Positions 1 to 13,080 of a stretch of 64,000 bases of DNA are shown one piece after another (positions within the stretch are counted from its first letter, which is position 1; every line of letters starts with the position of its first letter). This DNA comes from Eledone cirrhosa. Taxonomy: Eukaryota. The stretch lies in contig OZ024746.1 in assembly GCA_964016885.1 (NCBI GenBank), forward strand, positions 70,184,001 to 70,248,000, written 5' to 3'. Under the pieces are notes generated by a model. That model did no database searches, was not told where the DNA came from, and saw only the letters and a program-made list of their open reading frames with translations. Position numbers and translations under genes: made by a program.

Positions 1-77
1 ATATCAAAGGCTAACCTCGATGGGATTTGAACTCAAAACGAAAAGGGCCGTAACTATATGCTATAAAACCAGCTTAA

Positions 78-170
78 TAATTGTTTCTACTTTTGGCACA
101 ATGCCAGCAATTACCCAGTGCATTACTCGTATTTTATTTTATTGACTCCATAAGGATGAAAGGCAAAAGT
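78..170 (-). mobile_element. tRNA-derived SINE family A, 3' half (a further 5'-part fragment at 1-62)
   Basis: Matches the other copies in the window (aattgtttctacttttggcaca...aaggatgaaaggcaaa). Confidence 0.75.
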
Positions 171-869
171 CAAATCGACCCCAGTGCAGTACAGTAACGC
201 ACTGGGGTCGATTTGACTTTCCCTTTCTCCAAAATGGTTGGCCTTATGCCTAAATCAGAAACCAGCTTAATAATGAGAATGCTAGTTAAATTACTAAATC
301 AATTCAAATATATGATTATTTTCAAAATTACTTAAAATCCATAGGCAGTGTCCTTCATTAGAAATATTTCAGCGAAAGAGAACATTTTGGACCTGGTCTT
401 AAAGAAACTAGCAGATCTTCAAATGTAGATTACCAAAAGAATTTTCAAATGAAAACATTTAGCTGTTTTATAGCTAGTCTTTTTTTTAAACTTTTGTCTT
501 ATTTTTATTTTTAGCCTCCTTTTTTTTTTGTCTCTCACTCTTTTGTTTTTTGTTTCTTAATTATAACAGGTGTTAGATACCTTTCCCGGTTTGTCATGGC
601 TTACCAGCTCTATACGGACGTTTAAATTAAATAAATAAATCTTCATTAGATTCCATATAATGATTTTGTGTGGATGGTAATCTGTTTCGATTGAATTTCT
701 TTCAGTTATTTCGATAATTTTCAATATTTTCATCATTAATTTAAAAGTGAAATTATATGAAACTTTACATGCTTCCATATGTATGTATATTTTCATGTCT
801 ATCTATCTACTTACCCATCTGTCTGTCTGTCTCATCCTCTCTCCCCATGTCTACAGAGATAGAGAGCGG

Positions 870-907
<38 letters not shown>

Positions 908-912
908 GAGAG

Positions 913-949
<37 letters not shown>

Positions 950-1159
950 AAAAGAATAAATAAAACATAAGAAGAGAAAGGAACGGAAAGTTCGTGGGGC
1001 GGGGTTGGTGGGAGAAAAATCACGTGTATGCTCTGCAAGCGATTTTCATATATTTTATGTATTTTATATATTTTATATATTTTATATATTTTATATATCT
1101 TAAGAAACATTGGGAAAATTAAACATTTGAAATCTAGCCGTCTTAACATAAATGACTAT

Positions 1160-1332
1160 AATAATTGTTTCTACTTTTGACACAAGGCCAGCAATTACCC
1201 ATTGCATTACTGGTACTTTATTTTATCGATCCCGTAAGGGTGAAAGGCAAAGTTAACCCCAACGGGATTTGAACTCAGCCCGTAAAGGGACGTAACTATG
1301 CTGGAAAGCATGGCGTCCGATCCTCTACCGAT
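1160..1332 (-). mobile_element. tRNA-derived SINE family A
   Basis: Near full-length copy. B-box-like gagttcaaatccc on the minus strand. Shared 3' end ...gtagaaacaatta. Confidence 0.85.
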
Positions 1333-1488
1333 TAATAATAGTCGATCACTATAAACAATATTTGAGAAAATCGGGTAAAGTACACCTGGAGACGGAAAAA
1401 CTGGACAGCGGGTACTTTACCCAATGTTCTCGCCTATTGTTACAGTGATCGACTACTGTTATAGTTATTTAGGTTTGGATGACTACAG

Positions 1489-1563
<75 letters not shown>

Positions 1564-1570
1564 TATATAT

Positions 1571-1808
1571 ATTAATAAAAGGGAATTTCAACTTTGTCTG
1601 ATTTACTCGTTTTATTCAACTGTTGAAAATTGCAAACTTGACTATCACCACACAACATGAACCTGAAGATTGCGAAAGCATGAAAGTACTTGTTCAATTA
1701 ACACTTAACATTTAATATTCTACCATACTATTTCATTCTAATATCATTATAAATTTTAAAGGATTGTAAATAAAACGAGTAAATCAGACAAAGTTGGAAT
1801 CCCTTTTA

Positions 1809-1813
<5 letters not shown>
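1571..1813 (+). mobile_element. Short PLE-terminus-like fold-back element in (TA)n, with ~45-bp terminal inverted repeats
   Basis: 1571-1615 is the near-perfect reverse complement of 1768-1813. (TA)n on both sides. Internal HHR. Confidence 0.7.
1658..1696 (+). ncRNA. Minimal type I hammerhead ribozyme
   Basis: tgaac-CTGAAGA-t-tgc(gaaa)gca-t-GAAA-gtac-TT-gttca. Perfect 5-bp stem I, GNRA-capped stem II, palindromic stem III (aagtactt), CUU cleavage triplet. Confidence 0.85.
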
Positions 1814-1882
<69 letters not shown>

Positions 1883-2279
1883 AAGAGTGAAGAATAACAT
1901 GGTCAACAGTACTTCACTCTTTCACTATTATTACTCCAAGATTGGTTTACATAGGAACTCCTGAGAACCCATTTACTCGCTACCTAAAGAAACCTCTTGT
2001 TGAGTCAAACAACGCCGTACGCTAAAACTATCCACAATACGGAGTACTCACAACCTCTAACTGGATTACCTATAACGATAACTTGTTATCTCTTATATTA
2101 ATCTGTTATTTTAATAAATATAAATATATATATATATATATATAGTTATGTAATAAACAGGTAAATGAAATAATTATCTTATGTTGTTTATTACATAACT
2201 AATAAGCTCTGTAATTCACATAGAGCACTCTTTTTCCTGGACCTTTCCGACGGAATTACTTCATTTACACACACACACA

Positions 2280-2361
<82 letters not shown>

Positions 2362-2619
2362 CTCAGTGTGCTAAGATTAATAGATTCTGGTATTTAATTA
2401 CAGTCTCCACTTTTATTAAAACTTGAGAAGTCAGACTATTTTAGAATTTATTGGTTCCATAGTACTTTTCTTTACTAATATATATACATATAATATATAT
2501 ATATACACACTCACTCACACACACATACACACATACACACGCACGCACGCACACACATACACATACACATATATATATATATACATACATACATATATAT
2601 GTATATATATGTATGTATG

Positions 2620-2650
<31 letters not shown>

Positions 2651-2662
2651 TGTATGTATATA

Positions 2663-2750
<88 letters not shown>

Positions 2751-2818
2751 TGTATGTATAATATATTTGGCAATATACCGTATGTTTAATATATAAATAT
2801 ATATGTATGTGTGTGTGT

Positions 2819-2923
<105 letters not shown>

Positions 2924-3380
2924 GGTGACACATATATTCATATAGTTCGTGCTGCAATTTAATCCAGATGTTTTATTGTATAATAAATCAAATTTAAAAA
3001 CATATTAAACAATAAACACATTATCTATCTCCCAGTTTTTATCAATTGATTAATAGTATCAAAATTAAAATTCTTGTAATTGAAACAAATTTGAAAAACG
3101 TCAATGATGTTAAATGAAGCAGTAAAGAAAAATTGAAAAAATATCTGTTCTAAAATATAAAACAAATAAAATTAAAACAATTCTGTTATAATCACCTTTC
3201 ATGATATTTCGTGGTGTCAACATTTCGTCGCACCTTTTACAATCTGGTCATTAACACAATTCCATTGTATCTGTTGACAATACAAATTACAGGCAAAATT
3301 AATATAATAGTTGTTTTGAGCTTTATGGCTAAAATGATACTTTCACGGTGTAATTCATTCAGTTTCAACAAAAGCAGGTA

Positions 3381-3680
3381 ACAGATACAATAACAGTTAA
3401 CAGATATGGTAACTGTTAACAGAAACAATAACTGTAAACAGATACAATAACAGTTAACAGATACAATAACTGCAAACAGATACAATAACCGTTAACAGAT
3501 ACAATAACTGTAAACAGATACAATAACAGTTAACAGATACAATAACTGTAAACAGATACAATAACAGTTAACAGAAACAATAACTGTAAACAGATACAAT
3601 AACAGTTAACAGAAACAATAACTGTAAACAGATACAATAACAGTTAACAGATACAATAACAGTTAACAGTAACAATAACT
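3381..3680. repeat. 19-bp minisatellite, alternating acagatacaataacagtta / acagatacaataactgtaa
   Basis: Directly visible tandem units forming a 38-bp dimer. Confidence 0.9.
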
Positions 3681-4273
3681 TGTTGATACTACCTGTCTGT
3701 CACAACTCCTGGTAGAATAAAGGAGTTGATCAACAGATCAGACCAAGGAAACAATATTTGCGTTGGGTTTTTTTTCCATTGCTGATGCTACCTGTCTGTC
3801 ACAACTCCTAGCAGAATGAGGCGTGGTCTGAGCTCAGAACGCACTGAGCCGGATCAAATATCTCAAAGCAATCTGTTAGACACTTGAATAATTCCGTCAG
3901 GTCTGCTCCCCTGGATTGATACTTTATTTATTGACCTGAAAGGATGAACACACGATATGACATCAATAATCTTACAAAACAAATACAAAATTGAATTATA
4001 GCAACAGTTGTATAATAAACAAATTGTTATATCATTGCAGCGAATTCACTCCTTTTGTTTCGCCTCTCCTATTGAAAATAAAATGTTTGAGTATAAAAGT
4101 AATTAAAATGTGACACTTTCTATCTTGACTGATGAAGGATTAATTCAAAGGCTCAATAATAACGTTTCAATAGAACACGAAAAAAATTTCAATATGATAT
4201 AATAATAGGTTTGGTGGCTGTTTTATTCTGAAGATTTCATTCAATTATTGAAGAATAACTTTCAAGGACTAAT

Positions 4274-4452
4274 ATTTGTTTCTACTTTAGGCACAAAGCC
4301 AGCAATAACCCAGTTCATTACTGGTACTTTATTTTATCGACCCCGTAAGGATGAAAGGCAAAGTCAACCTCGGCGGGATTTGAACTCAGATCGTAAAGGG
4401 ACGTAAGTATGCTGGAAAGCATGGCGTCCGACCCTCTACCGATACTGCCAAT
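4274..4452 (-). mobile_element. tRNA-derived SINE family A with 13-bp target-site duplication
   Basis: aaggactaatatt at 4264-4276 and 4454-4466. Confidence 0.9.
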
Positions 4453-4511
4453 AAGGACTAATATTATTGCCTAATCTCATCCTCATTACAACTACAACAA
4501 TAAAATGAAGA

Positions 4512-4815
4512 CTCGTGGATTTGTGGTTAGAAAGTTCAGCTCCCAATTGTGACTTCGATTCCCGGTGGCGCGTTGTGTCCTTGAGTAAGACATTTTATTT
4601 CATGTTGCTCCAGTTCACTCAGAAAATAGGAAGTTTATCTGTAATTCAAAAAACCATCTTTACCATACACTATATCACGCTGGATCTCCCTCAGAGCTAA
4701 GTTAAGAGCACACGTGTTTGTGCAATGCTCTGCCACTTGCACGTTAGTTTTATGAGCAAGCTCTTTAGTAGATCGAACAACTACAACAATCATCGTCGAA
4801 ATCGATGGAGATCCA
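4512..4815 (+). mobile_element. tRNA-derived SINE family B (CORE-like), degenerate
   Basis: A/B-box-like head (ttcgattccc) followed by tgtgtccttgagtaagacattttatttc. Confidence 0.65.
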
Positions 4816-4911
4816 AAACACACACACATACACACACATACACACACTAAGGCAAAACAGTGTAATTAGAGAGTTCTCGACGAAACTATGTGGTTTCGGG
4901 TTCAATTCCAT

Positions 4912-5040
4912 TCAGGCAGATCAATAGGATAGATATCCTTTTCCATACACTCAGGCAGATCAATAGGATAGATATCCTTTTCCATACACTCAGGCAGATC
5001 AATAGGATAGATATCTTTTTCCATACACTCGGGCAGATTA
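4912..5040. repeat. 39-bp tandem repeat, ~3.3 copies
   Basis: tcaggcagatcaataggatagatatccttttccatacac at 4912, 4951 and 4990. Confidence 0.9.
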
Positions 5041-7180
5041 ACGTTTTGTGAATACTTTTCGGTGGACAAAAACTGTGGAAATTTATCGAAGACTACTCCT
5101 ATACTTGGATCATAAATTTACTCCATCGCTCGCTTTAAATAAGATCAATTGGTCAGTATGTGCTTTTAGCAGTATCCACTCTATTACAAACGTTCAGACC
5201 AGGTCTCTGGTCAGACACTGGCGTTAACTTGCACTCTTACACCCACCTCTAGTCTCGTTTCTAAAAACTAGAAAAGAGTCACTCCTATTACCTCATTAAA
5301 ATATATCATTATCGCCATTACAACACATTCCTTATTAATACCACCTCCACAACCAACACCACCGCCACCACCGCCAATATCACTATCACCACCGCCACCA
5401 TCGCCAATATCACCATCACCACCACCACCACCACAACAACTACCACTACAACCACCACTATCACCACCACAACCACCACCACCACCACTACCACCACCAC
5501 CACAACCACCATTTCACATTGTTGTGGGATTTGAAGATGATGATCGACCTTCCATCGATTTCAATGATGACCAATTATTTAATCAATTGCACGTCAGACT
5601 CAAGAATTAAGTAGTTGAAATCTCGCATGCGTATTTTTCACAATCGTTACGTACAATCAGAGTAATACAATATAACAATGTTATAATTGAACCATAGAGA
5701 CAGTCTATCCGACGTCCGTCTACACACTTACCGCCTTCCCAAGTTCACTCAAAATATTTGGGTCTATCCGACGCTCTTCTACACACTTACATCCTACCTA
5801 AGTTCACTCACAAGGTTTAGATCCATCTGATACTATGTTAAAAGAAATCTGCCTAAGATAACACATAGTGAGATCGATCCAGGGACCTTATGATTGCTAA
5901 GCGAACTTTTTAAATGTTTAGCCATGCTTGTGGGAATTATAAATTGGGATACAGTGTATTTTCTTCCCATTTCAATTATTTCTTTAGCCATCCCACTTCT
6001 ACCACTTCTATCTGATGTGCTCGATAACATCATTGTTTCCAATTGTGACTGTAACGAAATTTGAAGCGAAGCGACTTGATAAAGTACTCATGTGACAGCA
6101 AAAGGTATCTTTCCTCTAATTGTTTATCGGCTGGAATGAATTGCATGCAATTTCCTTTATAAAATTGATAAAATAAAACTGTCCAGTTAGCGCTGCAAAG
6201 TAGAGGTAAAATCTCAGCAAGCGTAGATTGCAATTTCCCAAAAGTAACCATTTCCATTGAACTTGTTTCGTTAATGTCAGCGATTTCCATTTAATTTCTC
6301 TAATGTCCTTGACAAAGACACGAATGTTACACAATCTCATTTTCTTTGTTCTATAATTTTAACGCATTGTGACTATCTAAGAAATCAATAAAATTAGAGT
6401 GGAGGTTATCGTCAATAGATCAAAGTATTTACACAAAACGTTGGAATAAAATAATTTTAAAATGTGACGTCTTTTGCCGTAATAGAAGGGGCGAATATTT
6501 AGACAGGGGGGAAAGGAAAAAAAACATGAATAAAATAAAAAGAAGACAAATAAGAACTAAATACAAAATTGTTAATTTTTATTTAGCAATTAATTTTGGT
6601 TTGTTTATATTTCCGATAAATTAAAAGAAATATCTCTTTTAAATTTAAATTAATGTTTGCGATTCAATCGTTTAAAATTTAATGTTAGAGGAACATTTTT
6701 TTTATTCTTTGTTTCATTTTTTTCTTCTCTTTTTTATTTTCCAGAGAATAGAATTAAAAAAAAGAAAATACTTAGTCACAATAAATTTCTGCTATATTGT
6801 CAGACATCCACAAGAAAATAACTTTGTCGGTTTGCTAACCGGACTATTAACAATGACTATTCACAGCAACAATATTTAAAAAAAAAACATCAGCAACACC
6901 ATTTTTCTTTTATTTTAAAGAGAGGTGGAGAAGAAGTGATGCCCATGACATAAGCAAGCCTATTTAGATAGAATTAACAATTTACGAAACACATAATAAA
7001 CCTTGCCACATACCATCTTTTCTGAATTAACAATAACAAACTCCGTCATAGAATACAAGTGTGTGTCTTGAGTATTTAAACGTAGGGACCCCCATCTCTT
7101 TCCAGGTCTGAAAACAGCCGATTTGTTCCAGAGAAAGAGAAAGAAAAACAGAGGGGAGAGTGGAGAGGGGAAGAGAGAGG

Positions 7181-7244
<64 letters not shown>

Positions 7245-7713
7245 CGATTACAGTTTGAACTGCAAAGGATGAAAAACAACTCCGTGTGTGTTCAGAAAAA
7301 CGGTTCCGTCTTTCTGAACACACACGGAGTTCAACTTGTTTTTAGCGTTCTAGCTAACATTCTAAAGAATCTACGATACGGTACCCCAGCATCACCTCAG
7401 CCTGTCGGCTGAAACAGAGCAAGAGTAAAAGATACACACACACACACACATACACACACACACACACACAGTTTCGGGTACAAAGATACAAAGAAAAGAA
7501 AAATGCAATCAACATATCATGTGAAAGTTCTTCTTCTTCTTCTTCTTCTTCTTCTTCTTCTTCTTCTTCTTCTTCTTCTTCTTCTTCTTCTTCTTCTTCT
7601 TCTTCTTTTTCTTCTTCTAATACTGCTGCTGTTGTATATATTTATATATGTATATGTGTGTGCGTTTGTTTGTGGTTGGGTGTATGTGCGCGCGTGTATG
7701 TGTGTGAGAGAGA

Positions 7714-7792
<79 letters not shown>

Positions 7793-8136
7793 CGTACGTT
7801 TGTACGGACATGGAAACCGCGTTCATTTCCAGAAGCGGAAGATGTGCTAAACATGTGCTAAACATGTATACACACTTTGATTGCCTGTACAGGCATTATT
7901 TATTAGAATGCTGTTGAAGTGTGTATACATGTTTGGGGGACACCCTGTATATGTTAGGGAATTATTGTCAGAACATATTAGTTTTTACTTGAGTAATCCC
8001 GATTCAGCCCAAATCATCAGACACACGTTGACATATTACTTTACATAATCTATCTCATTCTATATATACTTCGCTCCCTCACTCTCTCCCTCTCTTTATC
8101 TCTTTCTCCCTCTCTTTCTTTCCCTCTCTCTTTCTT

Positions 8137-8435
<299 letters not shown>

Positions 8436-8690
8436 AGCTCAAAAGTGACACAGAGGAGACTGAGGTTAGCGGGACATGCTCACCGACATCCAGAGTTGAC
8501 ATTGCACTCAGTACTCCTTTGGGAGCCCCTACATGGACACACTAGAAGAGGAAGACCAAGGTTAACGTATGTTGATGCCCTAAGGACAGACACTGGTCTG
8601 TTGGAGATGCAGGACATGGCAGCGATAATGAGGGACAGAGACCGCTGGAGAGAACTCGTCCATGGATCTCGGGAATTTTACCCGCCTTAG
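8436..8690 (+). mobile_element. RTE-like LINE 3' end with (TA)n tail
   Basis: RRLRLAGHAHRH...LLWEP...RRGRPRLTYVDAL...RDRWRELV. Second copy at 35568-35788. Confidence 0.85.
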
Positions 8691-8706
8691 ATATATATAT
8701 ATATAT

Positions 8707-8759
<53 letters not shown>

Positions 8760-8771
<12 letters not shown>

Positions 8772-9829
8772 TGTAGTTCCAGTCTGTTTCTTTGTTTTTT
8801 TTGTTTGTTTGTGCACGAACTCCTCCTATGGTTTTGGAGATAGACCCCCCATAACCATATATATTCTGAAACTACATTGCCCAGGGTATTTGGATAGGTA
8901 TATTTCATTTTAATCAAAGGATTCCTCGGGGCAGGAGGGGGGGGGGGTCCCGGGGGGTACAAACCCCCGCTGAAAATGTTTTCCCTTCGATTTATATGAA
9001 ATTTAAACCATAGGTAAATGACAAGATATGATGCCTATTCACAAAATTTCAGCAAATTTCAATGATGTTAAGACACTCTAATGGGAGTTAAACCCCCTAT
9101 AGTGAAAATGTTGGCCCATAAATGGAACAAGACATGTAACAAGATTGCATGAGAACTTGATTGAAGCACCTATTATATTCGAGGCTTACAAAGGTCAAGC
9201 TCTTCTCATTCCGAGAATTCCACTTATACCAAGTGATAGCAAGTTGCCTTTTACATTTAAGAGGCTGCAGTTCTCAATGAGGCCACGCTTTGCCATGAGC
9301 ATCAATAAGAGTCAAGGTCAAACTTTCAAAACTATTGGTATAGATCTGACAAACCCACGTTTCAGTCATGGCATGTTTTATGTGGCTGTTTCAAGGACTG
9401 CAACTTCAAAAAATCTCTACATTTTAGCCAATCAAAGAAAGACAGGAAATGTTTGCCCTGAAGTTCTTCATTAGGACAAAGAATGAAATATATTTTCATG
9501 TATTTATTATAAAAATAAATAATTAAACTTTGAATTTCTAATTTGAACGAATGCTTTACATAAATATGAAATGATCAAGTTTTGAATTGATATTTTGAAA
9601 AAAATTATTTACAAGAAACAAAATAAGAATAAGATTTAATAATGTAATTTTGATTTGACATATTACAAAAAATAATGTTTTCCAATTTTTCATGCATTAC
9701 ATTTTACATTGAGTAATATTGAAATGCAGAGTGTTTCTTCATAAATTAAATCATTGATTTAAAATCAATCATCATTTTCTTACAAAAAGAATTGTGTAAA
9801 ACGCAGCAAGGCGTGGGTAATTCGGCTAG
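8760..9829 (+). mobile_element. Non-autonomous Helitron carrying a Pif1-like helicase C-terminal fragment (9145-9474)
   Basis: IPRIPLIPSD..LPFTFKRLQF..R..FAMSINKSQGQTF..IGIDL..P.FSHGMFYVAVSR. 3' hairpin acgc-agcaag-gcgt, then CTAG at 9826-9829 followed by T. 5' boundary approximate. Confidence 0.85.
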
Positions 9830-9874
9830 TATATATATATAGTAATATTTTCAAGTTCAATGTATTTATGTCAT

Positions 9875-9940
<66 letters not shown>

Positions 9941-10064
9941 GATGACATAAATACCTTGAGCTTGAAAATATTACTAATTGGCGATATTGATTCTTTTTGG
10001 TTATATATATGTATATATATACATATACACATACACACACACATATATATATATATACACATAT

Positions 10065-10095
<31 letters not shown>

Positions 10096-10324
10096 CCGAG
10101 AACAATTGTTTCACCTTAACCTAGACATCAATCAAATCTGTAGCGATATAGTTAATGTGAGTGGGTACACACACACTCTCCACACCCACATACACCGGCT
10201 CGTCCAAAAAAGGGTATGTCTGGGTATATACACATCCATGTGAAGAGCAAGCAATCAGCTCATATCGAACTCAGTATGTAACCTAAGATCGAACCTAAGT
10301 GTAAACAAATTTAATATATATATA

Positions 10325-10510
10325 TATGAGCAAAGAGTTATTAAATTTGTTGGTTATTCAACAAATTTATTTATAACAGATTCGAAGCACTCTACAAAAT
10401 TCTTCAATACTATTAATAAATGGAAACTATCTTTATAAAACCATATTTATTTTATTATATACGTATATTTGAAGGGTACCAAAATGTTGGCGCGCTCTCA
10501 TCAGATAAAA
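10325..10510 (-). mobile_element. PLE-terminus-like sequence with degenerate HHR (family of 16683-17143)
   Basis: Minus strand tttat-CTGATGA-stem II-(c)AAA-tatacgtata-TA-ataaa. Terminus is repeated inverted at 12553-12601. Confidence 0.55.
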
Positions 10511-10724
10511 TATAAAAGTTGTTTTACAGATAGTGACATATCCCAAAACAAGAACTTATCGCTTTAAGTTCTGTTTGAATAGTGAAAAAGAAATTCAAAT
10601 CTTAGGATGAATATGTTAATGAGGCTAACGTTGAAAAAGATCGTTATATTTAGACGCTAGGTAAATTTAAATAATTATTAGGATTATTTTTTAAGGGAAG
10701 AAGAGAAAGAGGTTAATATTAATA

Positions 10725-10912
10725 TAATTGTTTCTATTTTAGGCACAAGGTCAGCAATTACTCAGTAGATTACTGGTAGTTTATTTTATCGACCCCATAA
10801 GGATGAAAGGCAAAGTTAACCTCGGCGGGATTTGAACTCAGATCATAAAGGGACGTAACTCTATGCTTCAAAGCATGGTGTCCGACTCTCTACCGATACT
10901 GCCAATCCACCG
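10725..10912 (-). mobile_element. tRNA-derived SINE family A with 16-bp TSD
   Basis: ttaatattaatataat at 10713-10728 and 10917-10932. Confidence 0.9.
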
Positions 10913-10993
10913 TAGATTAATATTAATATAATGGTGTAAGGTAAGAAAATTTAAGGAAAGAATATAAGAAAAAAATATATTAGTGTTAGAAAT

Positions 10994-11180
10994 GGTGGAT
11001 TGGCAGTATCGGTAGAGGGTCGGACGCCATGCTTTCCAGCATAGTTACGTCCCTTTACGATCTGAGTTCAAATCCCGCCTAGGTTGACTTTGCCTTTCAT
11101 CCTTACGGGGTCGATAAAATAAAGTACCAGTAATGCACTGGGTAATTGCTGGCCTTGTGCCTAAAGTAGAAACAATTATT
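10994..11180 (+). mobile_element. tRNA-derived SINE family A, full length
   Basis: ggtggattggcagtatcggtagag (A-box-like)...gagttcaaatccc (B-box-like)...gtagaaacaatta. Confidence 0.9.
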
Positions 11181-11699
11181 ATTAATATATAATTGTATGG
11201 ATCGTATTAGTGATGGTGTAAAGAGAGTGAATAATATTTATTTAATTATATAATTATACATTTTGGGAGTATCTATAATATAATATGAGAATTATAAATG
11301 TGTTGAAGTGGTAGAATATTAATTTTAAATTTTAGAAAGTGAGAGATACTACTAATTATTGGGTCTATTCTAATAGTGATAATATAGAGATTATAGAGAT
11401 AATATTTATAAGTATATTTTATGAAGAATTAGGGTTGTAAGTATATTTTATTTTATTATATTACAACAGGTTATTTATATAAATAATTTGGGTGAGTATA
11501 TATGTTGTTTTTATTAATAGATAGATAATTTAAATATTTTTTATATGTGAGGAATTACGATGAATTTCCTGTTTACATTTTCAATATATGTTTTAAGAAA
11601 GAGGAAGTAGTTCTATTTTATTATTCAATGCCCTAGGGACCGCATTGGGCGATTTAGCGATCTCTCTATATAGTTCTTAGTCTTTCTCGTTTTAGATAG

Positions 11700-12551
11700 A
11701 TACATACATATAACGCCGCGCCCTTATAATATCTGTCTGTATGTCTGGCTGTCTACATTACGTCACTTCCCACAATTCCATCTGCGTCCAGAACGTGCCC
11801 TTATAATATCTGTCTGTATGTCTGGCTGTCTGCATCGCACTCAGCGCGTCAATGTATGGCTGTTACACGGACCGCGACCGCATTCTGATTCATTCTAAAG
11901 GCTACCAGTGGAAGCAACCGTAACACCCTCCTTCAAATGTCAGAGAACGCAGTCAAAGTCACTATTAAGGGCTACAAGTGAACGCTCACATAGCCCTTTT
12001 TAGCGCCACCACTTGAAATTGTTGATGGTTAACCCTCCTTACTGGTGTGTCAGTGAACGGCTTACACGGCCCTTTTAAGGGCCCTTGAAATAGATGATGG
12101 CGACCCTTTCGTTTAGGGCTGCAAGTGAACGCGCACACGCTTCGGGGCCCATTTTATTGCACCATTCCTCTTTAAATTTGTTAAATTATACCCACAGTTT
12201 GGTAAACGTTTGTCCAGTTACGTTTACTTACTAAGGTGCAGTGGACGCCTTCGAGAAGGCTCCACATGCTGTTCGATTGCACGTCATGCCTTGCTCAAGC
12301 ATTGCAGACTTCCCTCTGACATAAGTGGTGACATATGTCCTGCTGACTCATGCCATTTTATTAATGTACAAAAGCACCAAGCTGATTTTCTCCACGTGGA
12401 AGGAGAAGCATACCTAATACTAATTGCATCAGAGTATTCGGTTTATTTTCTTTACATATTGTCGAGGCATGCAGTTTTTCCACGATTAGGTCTGTTGGCG
12501 GCCCGCGTTCCAAAATACCTTATCCCGTGCAACCCCAGGTACCACTGCGAG
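11700..12551 (+). mobile_element. Possible non-autonomous Helitron-like element
   Basis: GC-richer block with ctgtctgt repeats near the 5' end. 3' end cccgtgcaaccccaggtaccactgCGAGt resembles hairpin plus CTAG with one mismatch. Confidence 0.4.
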
Positions 12552-12596
12552 TATATAATAAAATAAATATGGTTTTATAAAGATAGTTTCCATTTA

Positions 12597-12667
<71 letters not shown>

Positions 12668-12670
<3 letters not shown>

Positions 12671-12890
12671 AAAATGAGGGTTTTTTTAATAAAATAAAAA
12701 TCTAGATGTCCTACACGCGTGAAAGTATAAGGAAAAGAAATCGAAAATGCAACTGGAGTCTTTTTAAGAATATTTATTTATTTCCTTTACCGACTTTACA
12801 GTTTTTATGCTTTTCAAAAGTAGAATTGAGATGGAGCGTTTGTGGTTTTCTCGCATCTGATGATTTCCTTCGAATGGAACAGTTTTAGTC
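12668..12890 (-). mobile_element. PLE-terminus-like repeat (family also at 23085-23281 and 26945-27575)
   Basis: Clear similarity between the copies, each abutting (TA)n. Confidence 0.55.
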
Positions 12891-12892
12891 TA

Positions 12893-13080
12893 GGTGGATT
12901 GGCAGTATCGGTAGAGGGTCTGACGCCATGCTTTGACGCAAAGAGTTACGGCCCTTTCCATTCTGAGTTCAAATCTCGCTGAGGTTAACTTTGCCTTTCA
13001 TCCTTACGGGGTCGATAAAATAAAGTACTAGTAATACACTGGGTAATTGCTGGCCTTGTGCCAAAAGTAGAAACAATTAT
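12893..13080 (+). mobile_element. tRNA-derived SINE family A
   Basis: Full-length match to the other copies. Confidence 0.9.

Noticed and set aside
4125-4172. Possible HHR (ttga-CTGATGA...aacgtt-tcaa)
   Set aside because: No GAAA and no convincing stem II
10994-11080. tRNA gene
   Set aside because: A/B-box-like head of a multi-copy SINE; no complete cloverleaf seen
12210-12566. 118-aa ORF
   Set aside because: Non-ATG start, no recognisable domain, inside a putative repeat
12857-12890. CTGATGA followed by a small hairpin
   Set aside because: No GAAA or stem III, and it is on the opposite strand to this family's HHR 3' half
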